Position numbers and translations under genes: made by a program. Below, in pieces: positions 39,388 to 48,551 of a stretch of DNA of 64,000 nt; positions within the stretch are counted from its first letter, which is position 1; every line of letters begins with the position of its first letter. The notes under the pieces were generated by a model. It saw only the letters and a list, made by a program, of their open reading frames with translations, was not told the DNA's origin and searched no databases. Source of the stretch: a virus; IMG/VR virus record IMGVR_UViG_3300035670_000110, positions 24,609 through 88,608 of that record; one strand, 5' to 3'.

Positions 39388-40483
39388 TAAGATTTGGAAC
39401 CTCCCACCATGGTGATGTTTTTTTATCTACAATATTAATTCCAGAGTAAGATAAAAATCCTTGAATTGATCGTGGAAGATATCCAAAAACTTTTTCTTTA
39501 TTTTCTATTAGTTTCATATTTATTAAATCATCTGATAAACAAGAATTTATTTTATTTAAATTATAATCTACTGAGTTTTTTATATAATTGTTATAAAAAT
39601 ATAATTTTTCTTCAAAGGATGTGTAACCTTCTTCATGCTTTTCTTCATATTTTCTAGAATTTACAACATCATATAAATGAAAAAATAATTGTGTTTTAAT
39701 CCATACTAAATTATATCCTCTTGCATAAGAGAGGGCCGATTGATAAAATTCTTCTCCCCAGAATTTAATATCTTTATCTAAATTAATATTATATTTTGTT
39801 AGCCATGGATCTGCTTCTGTAAAATAAAAATGTGCAGCAATTTTTTTTGCTGGTAGGTACTCATTATCTATTATTTTATTTTCAAAGATTTTTATTGATT
39901 CTTTATTCATATCTTTATCGTTGGGAAAGGGAAAAACTGTAGAATTTACTAAATCATGAGATAATTTTTTATAAAAATCAAAGAACTGCCATCTATTGGC
40001 TACGTCTCTTTTAGATTTTATAGTTTTATCTCCATCGAAATATTCACCAACTTCTTCATTAATTTTATAAGAACTTAAATATGTAGTTATTACTCTTCTT
40101 TTACCAAAAATTTTTCTAGAATTTTCATACAGATCTATAAGTTGTTCATCCCATCCCTGTACAAAATCAGTATGCGAGTCTATTGATAAAAAATATTTTT
40201 CATTATTGTAATGTTTTGTTGGAGCAATCCTCCCCTGACCAACACCAGGGTATAAAAACCATGGTTGTATATCATATTTTACTTTTTTAAAATTATTATC
40301 CAAACCATTTTTTATATGATGAAAAAATGGTTTAGAGTTTTCTTTTATATCATTACTCTTCCAAAATATTGTGGTGCCTATAGAAATATCGTCTGGATTA
40401 GACGAATAGTCATATGCCCGCTCAACAGTTGAAAGATATTCATAATCATTCATTGTTGGGACGCACATAAATATTTTATTCAT
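39371..40483 (-). CDS. GT60 / Gnt1-like polypeptide GlcNAc transferase (intact DSH motif)
   Basis: IFMCVPTMND.EY..TV..AY.....PD.I.IG, GVGQGR, EKYFLSIDSHTDFVQGWDEQLI, ITTY, IAAHFYF, FWGEE, RGYNL, HLY. Start moved from 40534 to 40483. Confidence 0.8.
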   Translation of the reverse strand: MNKIFMCVPTMNDYEYLSTVERAYDYSSNPDDISIGTTIFWKSNDIKENSKPFFHHIKNGLDNNFKKVKYDIQPWFLYPGVGQGRIAPTKHYNNEKYFLSIDSHTDFVQGWDEQLIDLYENSRKIFGKRRVITTYLSSYKINEEVGEYFDGDKTIKSKRDVANRWQFFDFYKKLSHDLVNSTVFPFPNDKDMNKESIKIFENKIIDNEYLPAKKIAAHFYFTEADPWLTKYNINLDKDIKFWGEEFYQSALSYARGYNLVWIKTQLFFHLYDVVNSRKYEEKHEEGYTSFEEKLYFYNNYIKNSVDYNLNKINSCLSDDLINMKLIENKEKVFGYLPRSIQGFLSYSGINIVDKKTSPWWEVPNLNVVYK

Positions 40484-41189
40484 AATTTTTTTTGACCCAC
40501 ATATGCTTTCTATATCCTCCATAAAAATGATCAAAAACTCTTTTATGGATTTTCATTCTTTCTTTTTCTATATCTTCATATTTCCTGATCTCTGATTTCC
40601 AATTTTCTCTTTTAAAGAAAAACATTTGATATAAAGGGGTTCCTTTAGGAATAATCCCCTCAAATCCATTTTTTAATAGGAATGGAACACTGCCTCCAAT
40701 CCACCATCTATCAGTATCTATTATTCCATCGATTGTCCTAAATGGAAGATCATATTGATTTAATGGGTGGGTATAGTATGTAGACCATCCTCTTGGAGTT
40801 CTTGGTTCCCAGTGAGTGTACCAATTTAAATGATCATCTGGATTATAGTAATAATTTTTATCCTTTGGGATAATTCTATTAGGACCCCCTCTAGATAGAA
40901 TAATATTTTCTACTTGACTGGAAGCATTAATAGAAATTTTTCCATTGGTATCAAGCCTGACACTTATATCACACCAGGCCTCTTGTATATATCCTGTTGT
41001 AAATGTATCTAAAAGAGGCATACAATTTTTTTCAGTTGAATCTGCTCTCTCACAACTAATTGTTGGAGTATGTCCTCCAGCAAAGGGAGGTAAATTTTTA
41101 TACCATTCAGGAATATAGTTTTTTGCAGGCTTGGGTGGATCTATATAATCTGATGCGTATTGACTCTGGGGAATCCATTCAACTATCAT
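40476..41189 (-). CDS. Conserved phage protein, paralogue 3 of 3 (DUF6065/dUTPase-fold-like)
   Basis: PKPAKNYIPEWYK, KNCMPLLD, TPRGWSTYYTHP.N, GIIDTD, FEGIIPKGTP, FKRENW. Confidence 0.7.
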   Translation of the reverse strand: MIVEWIPQSQYASDYIDPPKPAKNYIPEWYKNLPPFAGGHTPTISCERADSTEKNCMPLLDTFTTGYIQEAWCDISVRLDTNGKISINASSQVENIILSRGGPNRIIPKDKNYYYNPDDHLNWYTHWEPRTPRGWSTYYTHPLNQYDLPFRTIDGIIDTDRWWIGGSVPFLLKNGFEGIIPKGTPLYQMFFFKRENWKSEIRKYEDIEKERMKIHKRVFDHFYGGYRKHMWVKKNYE

Positions 41190-41926
41190 GAGTAATCCTT
41201 TCTACTCCAACATTCTTTTTTATATCCAGAACTTGCGTGTCTTCTTACTTTAGCCTGCAAAACATTATATTCTTTTTCTTCCATAAATCTTTTATCACTA
41301 ACCCAATCTTCTCTCTTAAAAGGAATAATACTCATCATTGGAGTTCCCATTGGGATTATGCCTTCAAACCCCTTTTTAATAAAAAATGGATGGTTCCCTG
41401 TGACCCACCATTTATCCGTGTCCATCACTCCAGATAAGGTATAGAATGGTAATTCTGGCCTATTTATAGGATGTGTATATAAACAACTATACCCCTCTGG
41501 AGTATTTGCCTCCCATGCAGTTTGCCATACAAATTCAATTTGGTAATAATCTTCTGGTACGGGCATTGATAGATGATTAGAAGGACCTCTGCTACCGACT
41601 ATTGAAAAATAGTCATGACTTTTTACGCTAACACTACTTCCATCGAAATTTTTTTCCACAAATACATCGCACGGTAGTGTCATTATATATCCAATCGTCC
41701 AACTATCTAAAAATGGCATACAGTGCTTTAAAGTAGAGTTATGGTTTCCAGACCCCTCAACGAAATGTGGAGATTTCGTAAAGTGAGTTGGAATGTTTTT
41801 GTACCACTCTGGAAGCAATAATTTTGCAGGAACTGGTGCATCAGAAATATCAAAAATCGTTTCATTTCTTGCAACAAAAGATATATCGTTATATTCTTTT
41901 TTTACCTTTTTATTTCTCTTAAACAT
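41186..41926 (-). CDS. Conserved phage protein, paralogue 2 of 3 (DUF6065/dUTPase-fold-like)
   Basis: PVPAKLLLPEWYK, KHCMPFLD, TPEGYSCLYTHP.N, GVMDTD, FEGIIPMGTP, PFKREDW. Confidence 0.7.
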   Translation of the reverse strand: MFKRNKKVKKEYNDISFVARNETIFDISDAPVPAKLLLPEWYKNIPTHFTKSPHFVEGSGNHNSTLKHCMPFLDSWTIGYIMTLPCDVFVEKNFDGSSVSVKSHDYFSIVGSRGPSNHLSMPVPEDYYQIEFVWQTAWEANTPEGYSCLYTHPINRPELPFYTLSGVMDTDKWWVTGNHPFFIKKGFEGIIPMGTPMMSIIPFKREDWVSDKRFMEEKEYNVLQAKVRRHASSGYKKECWSRKDYS

Positions 41927-42621
41927 TATTTAAATTCCTTCCTGTTCCACCAGTTTAATTTATATCTATTAATGAATGTTCTATGATGAAAGTTTTTTAA
42001 TTTTTTATATTCTTTTTCTTTAAATTCTTTTTGATCTGATTTAAAAGAATCTCGTTTAAACGGTATTACTTGAACCATTGGTGTGTTATAAGGTATAACT
42101 CCAGTAAAATTATTATTTAAAAAAAATGGGAAGTTTATTGTTAATGGGAACTCATCTGTGTCAACGATACCCTCTATTATTTTAAATGGTAAATGATGTC
42201 CTATCGGAGTTATAAAAAGACAACTATAACCTTTTGGCGTTTCTATTTTCCATGGATTTGTCCATTTAAACGCTTCTTTTTTATAAAAAGATTGAATTGG
42301 ATAGTATGGTAACTGATCTATTGTATGACCTTCTACTGCAGGTATTCTAGGATCGGTGAGGCTCCATGTAACACTGTTTTCAGAAAAATGAACGTCCGTC
42401 CATGTTTTTATAATATATCCAGTAGACAGTGCGTCTAAAACGGGGATACATTTTTTTATTGTGGCGTTTGCATTTCCAGAAGAATAAGTTTTTTCACCAT
42501 CAACATAGGGGCTAGTTTTTTTATACCATTCTGGTAAATTCTTAATTGCTGGGCTAGGAAATTCTGCTACACCGTTTAAGTCACTCTCTGTTAATATAAA
42601 ATTTATTTTTTTATCTAACAT
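41926..42621 (-). CDS. Conserved phage protein, paralogue 1 of 3 (DUF6065/dUTPase-fold-like)
   Basis: PSPAIKNLPEWYK, KKCIPVLD, TPKGYSCLFITP, GIVDTD, FTGVIPYNTP, PFKRD. Confidence 0.7.
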   Translation of the reverse strand: MLDKKINFILTESDLNGVAEFPSPAIKNLPEWYKKTSPYVDGEKTYSSGNANATIKKCIPVLDALSTGYIIKTWTDVHFSENSVTWSLTDPRIPAVEGHTIDQLPYYPIQSFYKKEAFKWTNPWKIETPKGYSCLFITPIGHHLPFKIIEGIVDTDEFPLTINFPFFLNNNFTGVIPYNTPMVQVIPFKRDSFKSDQKEFKEKEYKKLKNFHHRTFINRYKLNWWNRKEFK

Positions 42622-43844
42622 TTTTTATTCCAATGTAAAGAATTTTCATAGGTTGAAAAATTGTATAACGATATAAAACTATTTACAGCATCTACAAAAG
42701 AGTTGCTGGAAAATATTGACCTAGGTTTAAATTTTAGTTTTTCCCAGTCTATAGATAATAAAATATTAAATTTTTCATCATCATAAACATTTTTTTCTAG
42801 CATTCTTTTTATTTCATTTATTCCTTCTGACTGTAAATAATCTTCTAGATTATATAAATCTGATGGACTTTTTTGATTTTCCCCGGAATATCTAATATCT
42901 TCGTATAATTGATAGACTGGTATGAATCTAAGCGTTATTACATTAAAATCATTAATTATAAAATTAATAAATGAATAAAAATTAAACTGACCTTCATCAA
43001 CTAGTGATTTTGGAAATGAATTATTTTTAATATAATTTTTTGCACTAGTGAAAATAAATTTATAAGATAGTCCAGTACTCAATGCAATATATTCATCTTT
43101 AATAAACTTTCTACTATTAAATCTGGGGAAATGAAATGTTTTTAAAAATTCATCATCTATTTTTACATTTTCTTTTTCTATTAAATACTGACTAATATCA
43201 GAACCGACTTCTTCTTGAGATTGATCAAAGTTTTTATTATTATCATTCACAAACTCTGTATATCCTGATACTGGTATCCTTGACCCATCATATTCTTCTC
43301 TTTGCATAGACATTTTTGTTTTATGGTTTGTAAAATATACAAAACCTTTAACAACATCATCATGCGGTAAATAATTCCTTGGCTCTGCTGTAATCACATT
43401 TTTTGGCCCCATGTTGTTTTCTATTTCTGTAAACTGTTTAATTAATATACTGTCCCAGTGTGGGTCGAACTCGCTTCTTGATGAAACGGACATATAATAA
43501 TCTTCTTTATTATATTTTGAATCGGCAATTTTTTTTAATTGTCCGAAAGTAAGTTTATTACTTAATTCTACTGTTTCTATATCCATGTTATTTTTATTAT
43601 TTTCATAGATATGCATAAGTTCAGTTGCTATATAATCGTAATTTAAATCATTATCAGAAAGTGCGATTGATATGAATATATTGTCTGGCCTTTTTGCATT
43701 TTTAAGAATAGAGTTAACTGTTCTTACAATATACGGATCTTTATAAGAAACTATAGATATAAAGATTGATTTTCTTGAATTTTTATAACCATTTGTATTA
43801 AAAATAGTTCCTTCATATGGCTCATATTTCATTGGTATATTCAT
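42615..43844 (-). CDS. GT60 / Gnt1-like protein, catalytic motif degenerate
   Basis: SIFISIVSYKDPY...TV.SIL.NAKRPDNIFI is the GT60 N-terminus, but EDYYMSVSSRSEFDPHWD replaces IDSH..F...WD. Confidence 0.7.
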   Translation of the reverse strand: MNIPMKYEPYEGTIFNTNGYKNSRKSIFISIVSYKDPYIVRTVNSILKNAKRPDNIFISIALSDNDLNYDYIATELMHIYENNKNNMDIETVELSNKLTFGQLKKIADSKYNKEDYYMSVSSRSEFDPHWDSILIKQFTEIENNMGPKNVITAEPRNYLPHDDVVKGFVYFTNHKTKMSMQREEYDGSRIPVSGYTEFVNDNNKNFDQSQEEVGSDISQYLIEKENVKIDDEFLKTFHFPRFNSRKFIKDEYIALSTGLSYKFIFTSAKNYIKNNSFPKSLVDEGQFNFYSFINFIINDFNVITLRFIPVYQLYEDIRYSGENQKSPSDLYNLEDYLQSEGINEIKRMLEKNVYDDEKFNILLSIDWEKLKFKPRSIFSSNSFVDAVNSFISLYNFSTYENSLHWNKKC

Positions 43845-43846
43845 AA

Positions 43847-44383
43847 TTATTTTATCTCACAATCTAAAAAGAACATGTGGTTTGGCTCAGCAAAGTGCAT
43901 GAATAACATTAAGACTTCATTGCCTTCGGTAAATTCTGGTCTTGAATGAAATTGATCTTCTCCGTAAAAACATAACGCCTGATTATTTTTAAGAATATAT
44001 TCTTTACCCTCTACAATAATCGGCCAAGGTTCTTTTGAAGACAAACAAATGTCAAAGGTATAGGTGCAGGCGTTTTGATCTTTATGATTTTCTAACCTAG
44101 AATTATATTGATTGTAATATGCTAAAAGAGAATATGTATGTAGAAGAGTGTCACTATCAAACTCTTTCCTAGCCCGATCCATATTCAGTAAGCCGATTCT
44201 ATCGCAACAATCATTTTCATTAACATATCTATTATGAAGTGGCTCAAAGTTCCAAAGATTTTTAGGAATAGAGTTTGCTATAGACATTATTTTAGAATAT
44301 TCTTTATCATTAAAGAACTTATCTATTATCCATGGATCTTTTATCTTTGCCAACGATTCACCGCCCAGGGAGGGCCAAACCAA
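43847..44383 (-). CDS. 2OG-Fe(II) oxygenase
   Basis: LENHKD (HxD), WPI, ALCFYGEDQFHSR (distal His), LFMHF. The true start may be slightly downstream of 44383. Confidence 0.8.
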   Translation of the reverse strand: MVWPSLGGESLAKIKDPWIIDKFFNDKEYSKIMSIANSIPKNLWNFEPLHNRYVNENDCCDRIGLLNMDRARKEFDSDTLLHTYSLLAYYNQYNSRLENHKDQNACTYTFDICLSSKEPWPIIVEGKEYILKNNQALCFYGEDQFHSRPEFTEGNEVLMLFMHFAEPNHMFFLDCEIK

Positions 44384-45012
44384 GTAACTATAGCATATTT
44401 ATATCCATCAAAAACTGGCCTAGCGGCATGTCTATAGGCATAATTAGATGGAAAAAGTGCTAATGCTGGAGAATCTGGGTTAACAGTATGGTTAAAATTA
44501 CTAAAATATGTTCCCCCACCCTCATATTCGCCAGGGTTTATATATATAAGTCCAGAAAGAACTCTATGCTCCACCCCAGGTCCATAATCTGTATGAACCT
44601 TGTACTGTCTTCCCGGTGAATATTTTAACACCTGCAACCCCTCATCAAATGCTATTTCTAGGTCATATTTAATACAATAATGTCTGACAAAAAGTGACAA
44701 TTGATCTTTAATAAACTGAACGGCACTATTTATTTGACATAAACATGGATTGTTGTGTATATCGTTATGCTCAAATATCGACATGGTAAGATTAGATCTT
44801 ACACTTCCACCATCATTACCGTCCCCGATTAACGCATTAGAATATTTAATGGGGCAACTGGGGTTATTATTTGCTTCTTCAAATGCTTCAATTAGTTTTT
44901 TAGAAATTTCTTCTGTAAAAATATTTTCATATAAATCTATAGCCCCTGATGATTCTGTCACCTTTATATTTTCAGGTAAAATAATTGTATTTTGAGTTTC
45001 TACTAAGCTCAT
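44341..45012 (-). CDS. Prolyl-4-hydroxylase-like 2OG-Fe(II) oxygenase
   Basis: VRS, QVLKY..G..YKVHTD, RVLSGLIYIN...YEGG.T.F, LFPSNYAYRHAARPV..GYKYAIVTW: complete HxD...H...K set. Confidence 0.88.
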   Translation of the reverse strand: MSLVETQNTIILPENIKVTESSGAIDLYENIFTEEISKKLIEAFEEANNNPSCPIKYSNALIGDGNDGGSVRSNLTMSIFEHNDIHNNPCLCQINSAVQFIKDQLSLFVRHYCIKYDLEIAFDEGLQVLKYSPGRQYKVHTDYGPGVEHRVLSGLIYINPGEYEGGGTYFSNFNHTVNPDSPALALFPSNYAYRHAARPVFDGYKYAIVTWFGPPWAVNRWQR

Positions 45013-45020
45013 TTTTTATC

Positions 45021-45695
45021 CTATCTTAAATAGGAGAACAGTAAATTTGAATTCTCCTCCAGACCATTTTCTTCGGCAAGAAAATCTTTTCCCCCGTTGA
45101 AAAATGTTGTAAGTGCTACTTTTCTACCCCTTATTATAGTATTATGTTTTTTAGAAAACAAATAATTCGCAGGATAGAATAATATAGTTCCTCTAGTCCA
45201 ATCAACATACTTTAAATTATTTAAATATTCCCACTCTATAACCCCGCCAGAATAATCATCATCTATTAAAATTTCTACAGCAACCTGTCTGCTAAAGGGG
45301 GTGTTATTTATATTACCTTCTTCATCCTGGAATGATTTATTAGGATTATAAATAAAAGATTTCTCACCAGACAGTTCTATGTCAATAAATATATTTTCTT
45401 GCCACTGAATACTGTGGATAGTTTCTTCATAAATATCGCAATATTTAGCAAAGTAATACATTATACCTTTTTGTATATTTTCCGCTGTTTCTTTTTTATT
45501 AATTTTGTCTAATCCATAAAAAAAGGTATTTTTGACTTTATCTATTAAATAATATTCTGGGTATTTATTAATATGATTATGAACAGAAACGATATCCTCA
45601 ATGTCATTTATTGATATATCATAAACATTATTATATGCAACAACTCCTGGATATAAAATAGTTTCTTTACTATCCCGTGAAAAAGAATTTATCAT
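45021..45695 (-). CDS. P4H-like 2OG oxygenase paralogue lacking metal ligands
   Basis: RQVAVEILIDDDYSGG.IEW, GTILFYPANYLF and GRKVALTTFF align by eye with its neighbour, but HxD is absent and the distal His position is not conserved. Confidence 0.65.
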   Translation of the reverse strand: MINSFSRDSKETILYPGVVAYNNVYDISINDIEDIVSVHNHINKYPEYYLIDKVKNTFFYGLDKINKKETAENIQKGIMYYFAKYCDIYEETIHSIQWQENIFIDIELSGEKSFIYNPNKSFQDEEGNINNTPFSRQVAVEILIDDDYSGGVIEWEYLNNLKYVDWTRGTILFYPANYLFSKKHNTIIRGRKVALTTFFNGGKDFLAEENGLEENSNLLFSYLR

Positions 45696-46185
45696 CAGCA
45701 GAGTTATCTTCCTTGTATTGTTTATAAATAATTATTCTATCTGTAAACAATATTTTATCTTCTTTATTATTTACAGCAGAAACTATTGTAAATTCATATT
45801 CTCCAAATTTATCTATTGATAAATCTATTTCATAAAAAACTTTATTTATTTTATTCATTTTTTTAGATAAAATAAAATTTTTATTTTTTAAATTATTTTC
45901 ATCTAACTGATAAAGATTTATTGTTAACTCATCATAACCGCTATTGATAGCAAACTCATCAATAAATCTTATTTTAAAATCTTCTGACTCATGAAACACT
46001 AAGAAATCATTATCCAGCATTCTGTATTCTGGTATATTAATTTCCTGAACTGAATCTATATTTTTTATTAGCCCAGAAACTATATCTGACTCCCCATGAA
46101 TAATTTGATGAAAATTATTATGAACGGCAAAATTAATATGTTCATCTAGATCCTCATTTTCTGGAATATAAAGATATCTTAACAT
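45670..46185 (-). CDS. Hypothetical protein (first gene of the modification island)
   Basis: 171-aa AT-rich ORF; the C-terminal half looks like a small beta sandwich (GEYEFTI). Confidence 0.6.
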   Translation of the reverse strand: MLRYLYIPENEDLDEHINFAVHNNFHQIIHGESDIVSGLIKNIDSVQEINIPEYRMLDNDFLVFHESEDFKIRFIDEFAINSGYDELTINLYQLDENNLKNKNFILSKKMNKINKVFYEIDLSIDKFGEYEFTIVSAVNNKEDKILFTDRIIIYKQYKEDNSADDKFFFTG

Positions 46186-46189
46186 TTTA

Positions 46190-46855
46190 TTATACTACAA
46201 ATTGTAGAATTCTCCCATCTTCATATCCAGATACATCAAAATCTATGCCGCTTGGCTTTTCCCTAGAAGAACAATAAATTATAGCACCGCCGCCTGTAGT
46301 ATAAAAAGATCCATTATTAAATCCAGATGCATAAATTGTTCCGTTACCGCTGACTCTCCTTGCCGAAACTATTACAATTCCGCCGCCAGGATTAGTTCCA
46401 TCGCCAGCGCCTCCGGTAACACCCAAAGCAGATTGCTGAGATGCATTTAATATGTATCCATCAACTGCCAGGTTTGGATCATAAAAATATGATGCACTTC
46501 CAAAAGAAGAATCAATTTCTATAGAAGAATAACTGGCACTATCCCCTCCTAAACTATTAGAAACTGATGCTGTCCCGCCGCCAAATATTGAACCTGCCTG
46601 AGACGATCCATTAATTAAACCAACACTTGTATTTGGATCTTGACTAGATGAACCTAGAAAAATCATATTATTTCTTACAAAGATTTTATATCCATTAGTA
46701 TCTATATGTATTCCATTATTTATTTTTAAATTATTCCAATACATATCTCTTGTTAATGAAAAATTTGCCGATGCGGTAAAATTACCGTCTTTTCCAGATC
46801 CATATATAGGGTCTGGAAAAACTCTATCGTCTGATGCATAACTTTTAATTGGCAT
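46190..46855 (-). CDS. Glycine-rich virion protein, short paralogue of 46845..48551
   Basis: YGSGKDGN, LTRDMYWNNL, DTNGYKIFV and GGGIVIVSAR are shared with the neighbour. Confidence 0.72.
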   Translation of the reverse strand: MPIKSYASDDRVFPDPIYGSGKDGNFTASANFSLTRDMYWNNLKINNGIHIDTNGYKIFVRNNMIFLGSSSQDPNTSVGLINGSSQAGSIFGGGTASVSNSLGGDSASYSSIEIDSSFGSASYFYDPNLAVDGYILNASQQSALGVTGGAGDGTNPGGGIVIVSARRVSGNGTIYASGFNNGSFYTTGGGAIIYCSSREKPSGIDFDVSGYEDGRILQFVV

Positions 46856-48551
46856 TATCTATGGCCTCATTCTTAATAATTATTACAGTGCCAGAGGTTG
46901 GTGTTCCAGCATCACCAGTGCCCGCAGCGGCTCGAACCTCTATACTATCTGGAATATTTGACTCTGTTACAACAAGAACAACCCCTCCGCCGCCAGAATA
47001 TCCGTTAAGACCTGGAGAACCTGGAAGACCGGCGCTACCTATTCCTCCTGCACCACCCAACCCACCAGCGCCACCGGCACCTCCTGCAAAATATTCAGCC
47101 GGTTGTATGGAAAACTGATCTGGTTCAAACTCGGTGTTATAGGCGTAAGAAGTATTTCCTGGAACTATTGTATTATATACAGTGTATGAATTTCCAGGTT
47201 GAAAATAATATCCAAATGCTGGAAAATATGCAATATATGCATAGATATTTCCAGCAGTATAGAATGTATTTCCTATTACCTCATAAGATGGTCCGGGGGT
47301 GTAATATACCGTTCCTGGGTTATATCCAAGAAAAGTAAGGAAAAATTGATTTCCCGGAACTGTAAAGGCAGTTCCGGGGTTTTCGTTACTGGGCCTCCAT
47401 CTGACAGATGCTGGACCAGGAGTACGAGGATTAAATGTTGGTCTGTTATATGCAGTTGTTGGACGGTTGTATGCAGGAGTATTGTATATATATGCTGTTG
47501 GACTATTGTATAGAGTTACTCTATTGTAAGAATAAAATGGTCTATTATATGATAAAACTGGACTATTATATGCAAAAGTTCCTTGTGATCCTATAAAATT
47601 ATATCCTGGCTGTGTTGGAGAATTATAAAGAGTAGCCGCATTTCCTCCAGTTGTTGGATTAGTAAAAGAATATTCAACTGAATAATTATATCCTGGAGTT
47701 GAAACGTATAAATATGATGCGCTGTAGAAATCTGGTGCAGGCTCCCCAGGACTTCCTGGGGAGCCTGGTGGACCTGGAAAACCTGGACCTCCTATTCCAC
47801 CAGGATTTCCTGGAGAACCAGATTCTCCATCTGCTCTAATAATTCCAGAGCCAATGATATTTCTTGCTGAAATTATTACGACTCCACCGCCTGCACCACC
47901 GTCTCCTCCTAATCCTCCAGATCCACCTAGCCCAGCAAACCCTGGAGATCCAGCAGATCCTGGAAACCCTGAAGACCCCATGCCACCGGATGCACCAACG
48001 GTATATTCAAATCCCGGCCTAGATCCAGGTGATCCTGGACTTCCCGGACTACCTAATTCCCCTGCAGTAAATGATCCAGACTGTCCCGCAGATCCACTTT
48101 CCCCTATAGCACCGCCAGATCCACCCATAAGAAATCTAAGAGTTCCTTCTACCGCATCAAACTTATAGCCAGCGATTGCTTGAGAGAAATTATAAAATTC
48201 TGCTTCTCCAAAAAAGTTTTCTCCTGGGTTTAAGCCTCCGTCGCCTCCAAGAGTATCGGACGCTTTAATTCCTGATGGAGCGCCACCTAAAATACTTCCC
48301 GCAGAAGTTTTGTCTGACAATCTTCCAATAACAGCAGAAGAATCAGCCATATTTAGGGTATCTTTAACGAAAACCCTATAACCATTTGTATCAAGTTGGG
48401 CGGAACCTAGCACAGTTAGATTGTTGTAATACATGTCTCTGTTAAGTACAACCGTTCCAGTAATAATTACATTTCCGTCAGTCCCTGGGCCATATACCGC
48501 CAACCCTCCGCGACCATTAAAGTTAGTAGGAACAATATCTTGTATCGACAT
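46845..48551 (-). CDS. Glycine-rich fibre/adhesin with Gly-X-X tracts and a YNxP-repeat insertion
   Basis: Same core as 46190..46855 plus GSPGSPGSPG / GFPGPPGSPGSPGEP tracts and a Tyr/Asn/Pro-rich insert. Confidence 0.75.
   Translation of the reverse strand: MSIQDIVPTNFNGRGGLAVYGPGTDGNVIITGTVVLNRDMYYNNLTVLGSAQLDTNGYRVFVKDTLNMADSSAVIGRLSDKTSAGSILGGAPSGIKASDTLGGDGGLNPGENFFGEAEFYNFSQAIAGYKFDAVEGTLRFLMGGSGGAIGESGSAGQSGSFTAGELGSPGSPGSPGSRPGFEYTVGASGGMGSSGFPGSAGSPGFAGLGGSGGLGGDGGAGGGVVIISARNIIGSGIIRADGESGSPGNPGGIGGPGFPGPPGSPGSPGEPAPDFYSASYLYVSTPGYNYSVEYSFTNPTTGGNAATLYNSPTQPGYNFIGSQGTFAYNSPVLSYNRPFYSYNRVTLYNSPTAYIYNTPAYNRPTTAYNRPTFNPRTPGPASVRWRPSNENPGTAFTVPGNQFFLTFLGYNPGTVYYTPGPSYEVIGNTFYTAGNIYAYIAYFPAFGYYFQPGNSYTVYNTIVPGNTSYAYNTEFEPDQFSIQPAEYFAGGAGGAGGLGGAGGIGSAGLPGSPGLNGYSGGGGVVLVVTESNIPDSIEVRAAAGTGDAGTPTSGTVIIIKNEAIDNAN

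Noticed and set aside
40476-42621. Calling the three paralogues dUTPases
   Set aside because: The canonical dUTPase motifs (RSG, G.ID.DY.G, the C-terminal RG..GFGS P-loop) are absent; only a G..DTD echo is present.
38638-46185. DNA hypermodification cluster (TET/JBP plus glycosyltransferase)
   Set aside because: The oxygenase motifs are P4H-like, the GT motifs are GT60-like, and the cluster lies among virion genes rather than replication genes. Disfavoured, not formally excluded.
46845-48551. True collagen triple helix
   Set aside because: The Gly-X-X tracts are short, interrupted, rich in GG and arranged as out-and-back pairs. A polyglycine-II bundle fits better, so collagen is not claimed.
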